This document shows, piece by piece, positions 52,271 to 64,000 of a stretch of DNA of 64,000 nt. How positions within the stretch are numbered: position 1 is the stretch's first letter; every line of letters begins with the position of its first letter. The stretch comes from Chara braunii. Taxonomy: Eukaryota; Plantae; Charophyceae. A program made the translations under genes and the position numbers. The DNA lies in assembly GCA_003427395.1 (NCBI GenBank), contig BFEA01000026.1:3932494-3996493 (forward strand), in the 5' to 3' direction. Below the pieces are notes generated by a model. That model did not search any database. It was not told where the DNA came from and saw only the letters and a program-made list of their open reading frames with translations.

Positions 52271-52396
52271 CGAATGGAGGGGTGGGGGTGCACCACTATA
52301 GCGAGGCGAGCAGCGTAGAAGTGGCGGAAGGTGTCACGAGGAAACGGATTGGAGGGGAACGTGATGGGGGTGGTGAGCTGGCTGAGGGTGAGGTAG

Positions 52397-53979
52397 TCAA
52401 GGGGACGGCGAGAGAGTGATCGGGGACGAAGACCGATCGCTCGTATCGGTACGTCGGCGAACTGGGGGACGGGTTGAGGAGGAGGGGGATCGGCTCCCTC
52501 GCGGCGCTAATGGGGTCGGAGTCGTGGCCGCGAGGTCGCCATCTTCAGGCCGGGGCGGCTTCGGATCTCGGTTCGGATCGTCGTGAATCTGCAGACTTGC
52601 CGCGCTTGCGAGCTCTAACTCCTTCCCGGCCGCGATCTCTTTTCTTTTGCGGGCCGCCTCTAGATCCTCAGCCTCCGTACACGTACGCAGTGCTTCTTCT
52701 GGCATGGCTTCCCACTCCGATCCAGCAGGCTCTTCGTCGTGCTCCTCTTCTCCTTCCTCGCTTTCTTCTTCTTCTTCGCTCTGTTCCCCTTCGCTATGCT
52801 CGCTATAGCTTCCTTCTTCGGGGGTCTCGTCTTCTTCGCCGAGTTCTTCGTAGCTGTTCCCGCCTTCTTCCAATCCGTCGTCGTCTTCGTCACTCCCGGT
52901 ACTCTCTTCCTCCTCTTCTTCTCTGATGGCCACAAGCTGCTCTACTGTAGGATGCCTGAAGAAGGCAGGATCGCGAGCCGTCCGGGGATCCAGGTATTGT
53001 TGCTGCGACGGCGGGATGCGCTCTGCGGCTCCTTCTATGCAAGCCAACCACTGAAGATAAGGTGTCAATGTGCGAGAAAGTACGTGGGGAACTGGATGCT
53101 CGTCGTCTTGCGCGATAATGTCGAGAGGGAGATCGTCCGCCAGCTGTGCTACCGGGATCGTGAGCTCTTTCGTGATGAGATCTTGATGACCGGGCCGCAC
53201 CGTACAGAATAAAAACACGAGAAACTCTCCCTCCACGTTGGTTCGCCAGGCCTAGACGAACAACAACTCCAGGCGTGCTATGCAAGGCGGGTGCGCTTCG
53301 TCCTCGATCCACGTCAGCCATACTTCCACTAGACACAGTGAAAGTTCGATGAAGTCTTCGCGCCACAGGACCCAATGGGGAGGATGGATATCGGGGACAG
53401 CGAGGGGCTTTAGACAGTAGGAAAGGCGAGGATGGATATTGGACTGCCAGAAGGTGGGGAAGGTGGAGGGGAGATAAAAAACGGAGATCGGAGAGAGACT
53501 CATTGAGGACGTGGGAAGGGAACGAGGATAGGGATGTTTGCTGGCAACTTGCGCTGATACATCCGAAGGCTGCCGTACTCGATCGCTCGTGTCGTTGCGA
53601 CTGTATCTCCGGGACGAGCCAGAAGCTGGGTCCACTCGGCGACCAGGTCATTCGCCCACAAGCGCAGCGATGCCTTCACCGCCGAGTGTCGCAAAGGAAG
53701 AAGTGTGGAGAGATCGCCACTGAAGTTGCTGACAACCAATATGCGACTGACACTTGGCACCGCTCGCTGCTGAATTGCCACCGCCTCGGCCAGTACCACC
53801 ACGTCAGGTCGGCCTTCGATTCTGAATACCGCCGCTGCATGCACGCCTTCCGTGCAGAAGAAGTGCGCAAGCCTCCGAAGATCGGGACTGAGGTGGGGAT
53901 GATGGACTTGCCGGATCGTCAATCGATCGCGGGGAGCAAGCGATGCTGCGCTGAGGGCTCTTTCCTCCAGAAAACTCAT
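52397..53979 (-). pseudogene. Additional ORF downstream of integrase (unknown function, acidic C-terminus)
   Basis: ORFs 53500-54018, 53252-53635 and 52397-53236 join through one frameshift and one stop into ~520 codons starting MSFLEERALS. Confidence 0.6.
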
Positions 53980-55200
53980 GGCGATGGCGGAGGTGACGAG
54001 GAGGCAGATGGGGAGCAAGAGGAATAGGGAGATGGTGGAGAGCTTGAGTCGTCGCTTTTCGCTTCCTTAGAGGGAGAGATCGAGGGAGAAGGAGACGCAG
54101 CACAGGGGAGGAGGCGAAGATAGGACACGTGGCGTGTGATCGGACGAGCCGACTGACTGCCGGAGACTTCAGGGGCGAGACGCACGGTGTCCACGCCGTT
54201 GGGGCCGAGTTCGATCACGCGATATCGCCCGAAGAATCGTGGCGCTAGCTTACCCTGGCGAGCACATTTCCTCACCTGCACCACGTCCCCCAATTTGTAC
54301 TGGGGCCGCGGACCCGCATTCCTATTTCGGGCTTCATAGCTCCGGACCTGTCGGCCCTGGTCTAGGTGCCGTTTGGCCTTGTCCCGGGCCGTAGCCCTAG
54401 TGGGCCGTCGGTTCAACGTAGACTCAAACGCAAGCGACACTATTGGTCCTTAATTGGAAGGGGCTCAACCTCGTTGATTCATGGGGCGTTCCGCGATGGA
54501 CCGCCAAGATGTGATCGACGATATCGGGCCAGGGTCTCGGATCCCGTGCCGCGATGTTTCGTCGCAACGCGGTCTTTATCACCCGGTTAGCGTTTTCGAC
54601 CAGCCCGTTAGATTGTGATATGTGGGGTGCAGTGTTCCGTATGGCGATGCCATGTAGGACCAGATTCCTTAATACCTCTCCCCTGAATTCAGCCCCGTTG
54701 TCGGTCAGGATCTCTTCGGTATCTTGATGCATCCCGAGGAAACGGTTGACATATCGCGCGATCTCCGTGGCTTGTCGTGTGGGACAAGGACACGCCTCGA
54801 TCCATTTTGAGAAATGGTCGACAAATACCAACAGGACTTAATATTCGCAGCTATTAGGGCCAGGGGGCACCACTATGTCGGTAGTATCCATGCTTACTCT
54901 TTGAAATGGCCGTTCAACAACCATGGGCACTATCGACCTTGGTGGCTGAATCGACGCTTTATGAGCGGCGCAGACTTGACAGTTGGCAACGATGTACTTT
55001 ACATCGTCGCGGATATTGGACCAGTACCAGTCATTTTTGTGGATAGCGGACTCCGTGATTCGTACAGCAAAATGAGCCGCAGTTTCCTCGTGGGCTGTCT
55101 TAACCCAGTCATACCGCATGANCNGATGCGGCACTACCATCCAAATCCCACTGCTGTCCGTTTTCCGTTTTTCTAATCTCCCCTCTATCCACCTGTAATC
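53976..55200 (-). pseudogene. pol: Gypsy DDE integrase (HHCC, rve core, GPY/F-like tail)
   Basis: AHEETAAHF...CQVC; PFQRVSMD, VDHFSKW, TDNGAEF, SNGLVENANR; KLAPRFFGRYRVIE; no chromodomain recognised. Confidence 0.93.
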
Positions 55201-55383
55201 CCGAGCCCTTTTGTTGGCCCTCCTCCGATCTTCCTTAGTGAAATCCTGGAGGGGGTTGCCAACCAAGGTGGCAATCAAGGCAATATCAGTCCATAGTTCG
55301 ACCCTTCTAAACTTCCGGGTCTTTTCCAGCCCTTCTGACGTGGCGTCAAAAAAGCGAGCCTCGGTTGGAATCTTGTTGGTCCG

Positions 55384-55545
55384 GCACAAGGGGCACAACC
55401 ACGGTTTACTATCGTTTCTGTATTGGATGCACGAGCCATGGGCTCGTGCGACGCACTGTCGACAATCTATCAAATCGATATACCCTTCCCCGTTAGGACA
55501 CGTGGAGACCGAGTATACGCGGGAGATGGCTTCACAAAAATAGCA
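55384..55545 (-). other. PHD zinc finger (C4HC3) in the pol region, in frame with integrase
   Basis: CYFC-x23-CRQC-x4-H-x2-C-x9-WLCPLC: all 8 ligands plus the PHD-typical Trp two residues before the seventh ligand. Confidence 0.85.
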
Positions 55546-55615
55546 AAATTTGTCAAGCAGGGAGAGGAGAGACGAAGAGGAAGGGGGGGAAAGAGGGGTA
55601 GTAGGGTTACCTCCG

Positions 55616-56137
55616 TCACCCATCGCCACCGCTTTGCTTCTTGCCACGCGGGAGGACTGCCACTTGTCCGTACTTAGGCTCGTTGGTCAGGTCCGGCTCC
55701 TTCCACGGTGTAATTTCCTCGCCCTTTGGTACCTTGGCAGGTCGATGCAGGTGTGTCAGCTCGTCCGCGTTACCGTGTCGCTCCGTCTTTCGATGGACGA
55801 TATCGAAGTCGTATTCTTGCAGTCGCACTGCCCAACGACCAATCATGCCCATGTAGTTGTTGAGCTTCTTCAAAGCTAGCAGAGGCTCGTGATCCGTCAC
55901 GAGGCGAAACTTCTGTCCGTAGAGATACGGATGGAAGTGCTGGATTCCCCAGACCACTGCATAGCATTCGCCTTGAGGTGCTGAGTCGTTCCTTCGTTCG
56001 TCCGACACGGTTCGTGACGCGTACTCGATGACGTGTTCACGACCATCGTTCCCCTTATGCGCTAGAATAGCGGAAATAGCTTCCAGTTGCCAGTCCGTGA
56101 TGAGAATGAACTGCTTCGAGGGGTCCAGTCGAATCAA
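55616..56137 (-). pseudogene. pol: Gypsy RNase H
   Basis: FILITDW, IEYASR, ECYAVVWGIQHFHPYLYG, VTDHEPL, RWAVRLQEYDFDIVHR, NADEL. Confidence 0.95.
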
Positions 56138-56182
56138 AATAGGGGCCGTCGCTAGAGTGTCCTTGAGGGTTGCAAAGGCCTC

Positions 56183-57472
56183 CTAGCACTCCGCGTCCCC
56201 GCTGAGAGGCTGGTCCTTCCGTAACAGATTCGTTAATGGTCGTGCAATCGCGGCAAAGCCCTTGATGAAGCGTCGGTAGTACGACGCCTGTCCCAAGAAG
56301 GCTCGAACCTGCGTCAGTGACGTGGGAACCGGAGCTTCCTTCACCGCCGCAACTTTTCTCGAGTCTGGCCGCAATCCTCCACGTGTCACGACATAGCCCA
56401 AGAACGAAATTTCTGAGAGGAAAAATTCGCTCTTCTCAAGCGCAATCTTGAACCCAGCGTCTCTTAGTGCACCCAATGTCCATTCGATGTGTTGCGCGTG
56501 CCCGTGATAGGTTTCCGAATAGACCAGGATGTCGTCCATGTACACGATCACACAGAAGTTAATCATTCCTTGCGTCAGTCGTGTCTTGCTGACGAAGTTA
56601 TGGAATGTCATGTTCATCGCTCGCTGGAACGTGGCAGGCGCATTGCAAATCCCCATCGGACACTGAACCCACTGCCACGTGCCTTCAAACAACACAAAAG
56701 TTGTCTTCGGCCGATCTTCTTCCCTTACCAGAATATGATGGAAGCCATGCCGAATATCAAACTTACTGAAATATTTAGCTCATCCGATCGCATCCAACAG
56801 ATCATCAATCCGGGGGAGGGGATACACATCTTTGATCGTGATTCCATTCAGCTTGCGATAATCAATGCAAATGCGAATCGCTCCGTTCTTCTTCGGTACT
56901 AACACTACAGGAAAGGACCAGGGTCCAGTAGCGGGTTCAATCCAACCACTGGCTTCGAACTTCCGAATTCGTTCGAGAGCCTTTTTGCGTTCAATCAAGG
57001 AATAACGATAAGGTTTGCAATGAATCGGAGAATGATTTCTTGTCTGAATTTCGTGTTGGATTACTAATGACAGCCCAATGTCAATGTCTGACACACTAAT
57101 CGCTCCTTGATATTCTGTAAGAATATCTGCAATTACCCGGTAGATTTCATCCGGCACATATTGTGGGACGTGTAGTTCAAAAAGTTGGTCCCAGATCCGA
57201 ACGTCAATCTGTTTCGTATTCGCCTGTTTTGCCAAATCGGGTGGAGGCGCCGAGATGAATGAATGATCTGATCTCCAGGAGAACACCGTGGCCATCATCT
57301 GAGCATCTTCTTCTCGGATTGCCGCGTGTCCTTCCGGGGTAATCCCGTCACAAACATCCTGCCATGGCACTTCCTTAGTTGCGATCTTTATCCCCTGTCC
57401 GTCTGTTTCTACTTCAAAATGCCCAGGGGGTTCCAGAGAGTTTGCTTCTGCCCCCAAGCGTAACAACCTCAC
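56183..57472 (-). pseudogene. pol: Gypsy reverse transcriptase
   Basis: [67 protein letters not shown]. Confidence 0.97.
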
Positions 57473-57718
57473 TTCTTTGGCCGGGATTAGTAAGGACTTG
57501 GGTAGAGCCGTAATGTCACAGTAATGCTTCTTGTCGCTGTACCGGGCGAGGAGAGGGGTGATTCCTTCGTACAGAGTTTGAAGGGGTTCCTAAGAATCGA
57601 CCATCCTTGAAATCTGCAGGTGGGGCTCACCCAAGATCATCGCCTTGGTCCTTTAAATCTTTCGGCTGGTTAGTTGCATCGTTCTCGCTATCGTTTTGGG
57701 CGGCGGGTAACAAACACG

Positions 57719-58499
57719 TTATCGTGCTAATTTCAAGATCTCCGGATCATCCTCGTCACTGCTTTCCGCATCATCTGTTGACGACTCTCCTTCTACGGAT
57801 TTCTCCCAGGAGATCATGCAGAGAGTCCCTGCCATCATCGGCGAAACCCGGGGAACCGCGTTAATAGTAGTGCGAAGGGTCAATCGCATGGGCACAGCGT
57901 AGGGTTTTCCTCTTGTATTTCGGAGGACGATCGATCGTCGTTCGAAGTCCATATTTGCTCATAACGCCACAAGAGCAGGAAGTCCGAAGAGAACGTCGTA
58001 CGTATTGACATCTAGTACTACGACATCCCCAAGCGCATGCACTTTACCCAATCGGAAAGCGACATTGGTCATTCTTCCCACGGTTTTAGTTTTTTTCTTC
58101 GTCAGCCGAAACGAGCTGATCTTTCTCAGAAAGCGTGATCAGGTCGTTTTTCCTACCTGCCCTTTCGGCCACCCTCAGTGAGATAGCCAACACAGCCGCT
58201 CCCGAATCTATAATAACATTGTAAGGGATTCCGCAAATTTCTATATCACACTCGGCGGATTTCCACGGAATTGGTTTAATCCGCAGGAAATTATCATCTT
58301 TCTGGATTAAACCTACTCGTAGCGGATCCGAAGTACTTGCGGGGTTTTCTTCGGGCGCGGGGCTTTTGGCTTTCGCGTTCGGGGTTCGGGCAAGGGCGAA
58401 TCCCTTTCGGTTTGCTTTGCAATGTTGTAACATTCGCTCGTTGGCTTGCTCGGAGATCGAGAGCAGATGACCAATCGGAAGGGGAATCCGATAATCCAA
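57719..58499 (-). pseudogene. Gypsy aspartic protease
   Basis: VIIDSGAAV catalytic motif; same frame as gag; frameshift at the T-run near 58090. Confidence 0.88.
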
Positions 58500-58502
58500 A
58501 TC

Positions 58503-59849
58503 TCAGATGATGTTTAATACATCAATCTCTCCTTTGACGAAGGTGGGTCCTCCCGACTCCATTTCTCCTAGGGACGGTCGCCACTCCGCCACCTCTTTTG
58601 GTTCTGGCGCTGGTCTGCTTGTTCCGATCATTCCAAGCCCAGGATATCCCAGCGACACATATTGATCTAGCGGGATCAGTTCGGCGGCCTCTTCCGTGGT
58701 GGCCAGGGCACTTCCCCCACTTTCTACTTCTTCCATCAGGGCTCCGACTCGTCCAGGTCCGTTGGCGATGGGGGCCGCAGCCATAGGTGCGACCCCGATT
58801 CGCTGTTGCGGAGGTCGGTGGGGGCAATCACGGGTAAGATGGCCTGGTTGATGACAGGCGTAACAGACATTCATATTATTTGCGACTCCTCCGAGCGCAG
58901 GGGCCGGGGCTAATCCTTGCTGCATCGGAGGGGCACGTACTGCAATGGGTCGCATGTTCCTCATCATGGCTTCCAGCCGAGCATTGTGCTCTCGCTGCTC
59001 CTTTTTGCTTTCCTGGATCAAGCTAATCAAGGTTTTGGTTAGTTCGAAAATGGCCGCCGATTTGTTTGATCGTACAGGCGCCTCAACCGGTGGCGGGGGT
59101 AATGCCCTGACGGGCGGGGGCAACATAGGAGCAGAGATGCTCGGAGTCTCACTTAGGATTACTCGTTTAGGGCCTATCTGTTCCATATAGAAAAACCCCA
59201 TGTTTTCAAATTTGTTCTGTAAAGCAGCCAGCTCTGCTCTGGCTTGAGCGAGCTCGTTCGAATCTCCGTCTCTAAGGTAATCTTCTCAATCCAGGAAGTT
59301 CGCCGCGAACTTCCGTTCCATTTCTTCCGCAGCAGCCATAATTTGTTGTAGCGTATGAGTGATGGGGGAAAATTGCATTCGCAACTTTGCCCTTATCGTT
59401 CGACTGCAGAGTCCGTCAATGAACAAATCTCTTCCGACTTGCTCAACTCGCTCAGTTTTTACGAACATTTTGTAGAACGAGTTTCGATATTCCGCAACGG
59501 ATTCGAGCGGTTTTTGCACTCGATCCTTGATCATGTACAACGCTTGCTCGGGGTGGACATAATCGAATCGGTTCATAAAGTCCCGTTCGAAGGTCGGGAG
59601 ATCCACCCATAAATAGGTACTAAACCAATGATGGGCGTCTCCTCCCATTCGAGCCGGAATGTTGATCTGTGCTTCGTTGTCGGTATACTGTTGGGCTCTA
59701 AGTGTGGCCAGCCATGGTCCTATGAGATGGTGCGAGGGATCGAACAAATAGAGATCACGTGGCGTCATGGGAGCTCGTGCACGTGGGGCAGGTTGATTAG
59801 GTAGATTAACATTTTGTTGCGGAACCGAATTTTGCATATTGGCAGCCAT
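58503..59849 (-). pseudogene. gag: Gypsy gag with CCHC zinc knuckle
   Basis: Retrotransposon gag-like A.HW..FERDFMNRF..QKPLESVAEY; CYACHQPGHLTRDC; ORFs 59286-59849 and 58503-59201 are in one frame, split by a stop. Confidence 0.9.
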
Positions 59850-60278
59850 ATTGGCTGCTCGTCGGTTAGCCGATCTGCTTCTGGTGATGATAGGGTCGCG
59901 TCTATGCGCGTTCCGAGGGCGAGGTCGCCCACGGTTAGCCAGGTCGNNNNNNNNNNNNNNNNNNNNNNNNNNNNNNNNNNNNNNNNNNNNNNNNNNNNNN
60001 NNNNNNNNNNNNNNNNNNNNNNNNNNNNNNNNNNNNNNNNNNNNNNNNNNNNNNNNNNNNNNNNNNNNNNNNNNNNNNNNNNNNNNNNNNNNNNNNNNNN
60101 NNNNNNNNNNNNNNNNNNNNNNNNNNNNNNNNNNNNNNNNNNNNNNNNNNNNNNNNNNNNNNNNNNNNNNNNNNNNNNNNNNNNNNNNNNNNNNNNNNNN
60201 NNNNNNNNNNNNNNNNNNNNNNNNNNNNNNNNNNNNNNNNNNNNNNNNNNNNNNNNNNNNNGGGGGGGGGGGGGGGGT

Positions 60279-62350
60279 ACGCGCGCAAGGGCCTCACAGT
60301 CCGAAGGGGCCGAGACACTGCGGGCGACGGGTTACGGGAAAATTCCTCCGTGGTGGAGATGGTCCTGAAAAGTTAGGCTGTCGGGGGCCGCCACGTGGCG
60401 CAGGCTGCCGCGTAGTTGGGTTGGGCCTTCGGAATTCCGGGGTTCTTTGTGCGTTGCTGCGTCGGCAGTTTACGCAAAACGTGCTGAGCCAATAGGGGGC
60501 TATGGCCGGCCACGGGACGACACTGAGTTCATGATACGGGAGAAGGAGGCGGAAAGGAGGGAAACTGGTGGTGATCTCAACGAATCCCGGGTGGGTGAAG
60601 TAGTAGGTGTGGTCGGGGAAAGGGAAATCGGAGCACTGAGGGTCGCTAGTAGTGGCACAGTGGAATTCCCGCAGACATAGCCGATTTTCCATGTGACAAG
60701 GGTATCGCGTCCTTATGAGCTCGTTTATTATAGGGGTGAAATAGTTCGGGTCATAGGACGAGTCTGAGCCCCAAGATTGCGTCATGGTATCATTGGAGAT
60801 GGGATAGCGCGGGTCGGGATATCGTCACCGAGCACGAGCACGTGTAGGACAGGCCAACTTGCTGGCGCCTCAGCGTGCTCGTACGGGATGACGGTTCCGC
60901 CGATGATTCCTCTCGGGGTGAGCGAGTCGATGCACGGGAATGCGTGTAAGGGCGCGACTCAGATCGCGTTTACACGTGTTCTCGTGCGGCGCTCGCGGGT
61001 CCGTACTTCGGATCGCCTAATTGCTTCGTAAGTTTCGGCTATGCAAGATGCAACCATACCACAACCTCATCATGGGACAAGCAAAAACGAGAACGAAATC
61101 GATATCGGGGCTAGATTCTTATCCCATCTATCGCTGCATCCGGTGCAAGCAAAAATTCGACACAAACAAAAAGCAAGGGCAGGGGATTCTTCGCAAAAAG
61201 ATATGCAAGCAGGCATAACATTCATGCATCCATACATTCGACAATCATACACATAATGCCATCGCAAGGACAGGTGTGAGCAAAAACTGAAGTCCAGATT
61301 CCAGAGAGCCGAAATGAAGATAAGAACGGGCAAACGGCCCGGAGCCGCAAATAAAATGTATGTACACAGATGAAGAGGGAGAAGCGACAAAGAAACAACA
61401 AATCCACGTCCATCAACCTCAACTTCCTTCTCCCCTCTCTCTCCCTCTCCGATGCGGACAGTTCGTCGTCACGCACCAACCCACGAAGTTGTCACCCCGC
61501 TTAGTCCTTCCCCACCCGTCGGATTCGCCCGTGCCCACAGTCCGTTGTGGCCCACGTCAATCCCGCGCGTTCGGCACCAGCCCGTCGGGTCGCGTGCATG
61601 CATGGGCGAAGAACACGGAATTACTAGGACTTAGAGTGAGGATTAGAGAGGGAGCGCCTACGTTCTGCATGATCGGCCGCGGCGTGGGGGACGTAACCCT
61701 TCTCCACGCATCGATCCGAGCATGCAAGCCGCGACTTTCAAAATTTCAGCAAAGGAAAGAGAGGGAGGGCGGGAAAGACGAAGTGCAAGAAGAAAGATAC
61801 AGTTACAATGGCGCCCGCCCAAAATTACGGTTACACACGCGATTAAGGGCGCCTACTAATCAGAGTACCGTCGCAGCCGCATGAGAAGCACGTAAACAAA
61901 AGGCGCCATGCGGCAGGAAAAATCCTAATTACTAAATTCCTAAATTCCTATCTAATGCGAAAAAACAAAAAGAAGCACGAATTCAGAAGGAAAGTCAGAA
62001 ATCCCGAGAGCCATTGGGGGCTCGACAAAGTTATTTCCCGCACGGTGTTCGCGCCCAAAAAGATCGAAAACCGAAGCGAAAGAAACGACGTCAACATTTC
62101 GTAATCGCGTGCGCGCGTGGCAACGCGCCAAACAACCATCCGACCAATCAATCCACCGGCCTTCCCAAGGCACACCTGGCTCCGAACCCGATCATCCGAC
62201 ACGAAGCGACGAAAAAGGACGAAAAAGCGAGGACACTGATGCAATTCTCCGCCGATCCCGATCTCCAGTAATTGGCCCAATCTTCCCAGCTTAGGACCCC
62301 TCATTGCAACCGCGCAGAAAATCGCGCGTTACAGAAAGTGGTTTGTCACA
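60279..62350. repeat. Right long direct repeat (LTR; TG..CA-bounded core possibly 60692-62350)
   Basis: Ends ttgtcaca at 62350, a perfect inverse of tgtgacaa at 60692-60699; left end abuts poly-G and an N gap. Confidence 0.9.
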
Positions 62351-62374
62351 TTGTCGTCGAAGGTCCACGATCGA

Positions 62375-62416
<42 letters not shown>

Positions 62417-62475
62417 NNNNNNNNNNNNNNNNNNNNNNNNNNNNNNNNNNNNNNNNNNNNNNNNNNNNNNNNNNN

Positions 62476-62554
<79 letters not shown>

Positions 62555-62598
62555 CTCTCTCTTTCTCTCTCTTTCTCTCTCCCACACGCACACACACC

Positions 62599-62636
<38 letters not shown>

Positions 62637-62646
<10 letters not shown>

Positions 62647-63350
62647 TATGGAATCTTGGTGCGTTTGGGCTCTCTGCTTGGTACATGACTATCTTGACCT
62701 CCGCGTGATTTGTTTGCAATAATATTGGCAAACGAGTTCGCTGCTTTGCTCTTCAAGTTATTTGAATGAAATCTTTGTGCATTTTAGCTCTCTGCTTGGT
62801 ACATGACTATCTAGACCTCCGCGCGATTCGTTTTTTATCGCTGCTTTGCTCTTATTTGGATGGAATCCTGGTGCGTTTGAACTCTCTGCTTGGTACATGA
62901 ATATCTGGAGCTCCGCACGATTCGTTTACGATAATATTGGCAAACAAGTTCGCTGCTTTGCTCTTGTTTGGATGAAATCTTGGTGAGTTCGAACTCTCTG
63001 TTTGGTATATAACTATCTGGACCTTTACGCGATTCGTTTGCGATAATATTGGCAAATGAGTTCGTCGCTTTGCTCTTATTTGGATGAAATATTGGTACGT
63101 CCGAGCTCTCTGCTCGGTACACGACTATCTGGACCTCTGCGCAATTCATTTACGATAACATTGGCAAACGAGTTCGTTACTTTGCTCTTATTTGGATGTA
63201 ATTTTGGTGAGTTCGAGCTCTTTGCTTGGTACAAGACTATCTGGACCTCTGCGCGATTCGTGTACGATAACATTGGCAAACGAGTTCGCTGCTTTGCTCT
63301 TATTTGGATGAAATCTTGGTGCGTTCGAGCTCTCTGCTTGGTACATGACT
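62637..63350. repeat. Satellite, 112-bp unit, ~6 copies
   Basis: tttgctctt(a/g)tttggatg at 62845, 62957, 63069, 63181, 63293 (period 112). Confidence 0.92.
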
Positions 63351-63359
63351 ATATGGGCA

Positions 63360-63540
63360 ATGGATCGATCAATCAATCAACGAATCAATCTATCTGATTG
63401 ATTGATTTATTGATTGATGGATCCATTGATTGATCAATTGATTGATCGATCCATTGATTGGTAGATTGATTGATCGATCCATTGATTGGTTGATTGGTTG
63501 ATTGATTGATCGATCCATAGATCGGTTGATTGATTGATTG
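63360..63540. repeat. (GATT/GATC)n degenerate tetranucleotide repeat
   Basis: Direct inspection. Confidence 0.9.
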
Positions 63541-64000
63541 TTTGGTGCGATGGGGTGAAAGCGAGTTTGGGGTGTGGGGGAGACACTGACTCCAACAAAA
63601 GTCGTGCTTGCTTTTGTGCTTCGTTGTTTGCAGGATGCCGAAGCATGCCAGCGAAGGTGTGAAGTAACACTTCCTAGACTTGCAGGATGTCGAAGCATGT
63701 CTGACCAGTCCGACGAACCTGTGTGTCCTTTATTTTTTTTTCTGGACAACCGTACACCGGCACATCAAACCGAACTGTCCAGGTCCAGATGTCTGGATGT
63801 CCGGTTCTGTATCCGGTTTGATCTAGACACGGGTCCGGTATCCGTGTTTATGTCCGGTTGTCCGGATCCAGAACAACCATGCTATTAATCAATTCTAGGG
63901 CCCAAGTCCCACTAGCAACCTGAAGTTTCCTCAATGCCAAAATTTGGACGTGTTCATAGAGCTGTGCAGAAAATCACGTTGAGTTTCCTCAACTGCAGAT

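Larger units (their letters stand above)
49509..62350 (-). mobile_element. Ty3/Gypsy LTR retrotransposon (degraded) with PHD finger and extra 3' ORFs
   Basis: Two ~2.1-kb direct repeats flank gag-PR-RT-RH-(PHD)-INT in Gypsy order on the minus strand; several in-frame stops and frameshifts. Confidence 0.95.

Noticed and set aside
62637-63350. Regularly spaced repeats as a CRISPR array
   Set aside because: The whole 112-bp unit is repeated with no unique spacers; eukaryotic context and no cas genes

Overview
Repeat-rich eukaryotic genomic DNA with 8 N-gaps, long TE-filled introns and GA/CA microsatellites. The content suggests a streptophyte alga such as Chara (inference). (1) The 3' part of a plant-type MED26/TFIIS-N-domain gene on +, with 8 phase-consistent exons between 5044 and 23710 (445 codons including stop), a 31-nt micro-exon and a GC-AG last intron. 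(2) An internally deleted L1/Tx1-type LINE on + (35701-42903) with ORF1, APE endonuclease, no RT core, a C-terminal Zn finger, a poly(A) tail and a 15-bp TSD, plus several older fragments of related LINEs. (3) A trihelix/Myb-SANT-like pseudogene on - (43531-44805). (4) A degraded ~13-kb Ty3/Gypsy element with gag-PR-RT-RH-INT on - (49509-62350). This element is the most unusual object in the window. It has a complete C4HC3 PHD finger between RNase H and integrase and extra ORFs after integrase. It has no polypurine tract where one is expected; that site instead holds a 16-bp palindrome that also reads as a tRNA primer-binding site on the non-coding strand. Also present: TTAA-flanked TIR elements, paired hairpin MITEs, tRNA-derived SINE heads, telomere-like repeats, many short tandem duplications and a Nextera adapter assembly artefact. 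No database searches were run, so all family assignments come from motif recognition.
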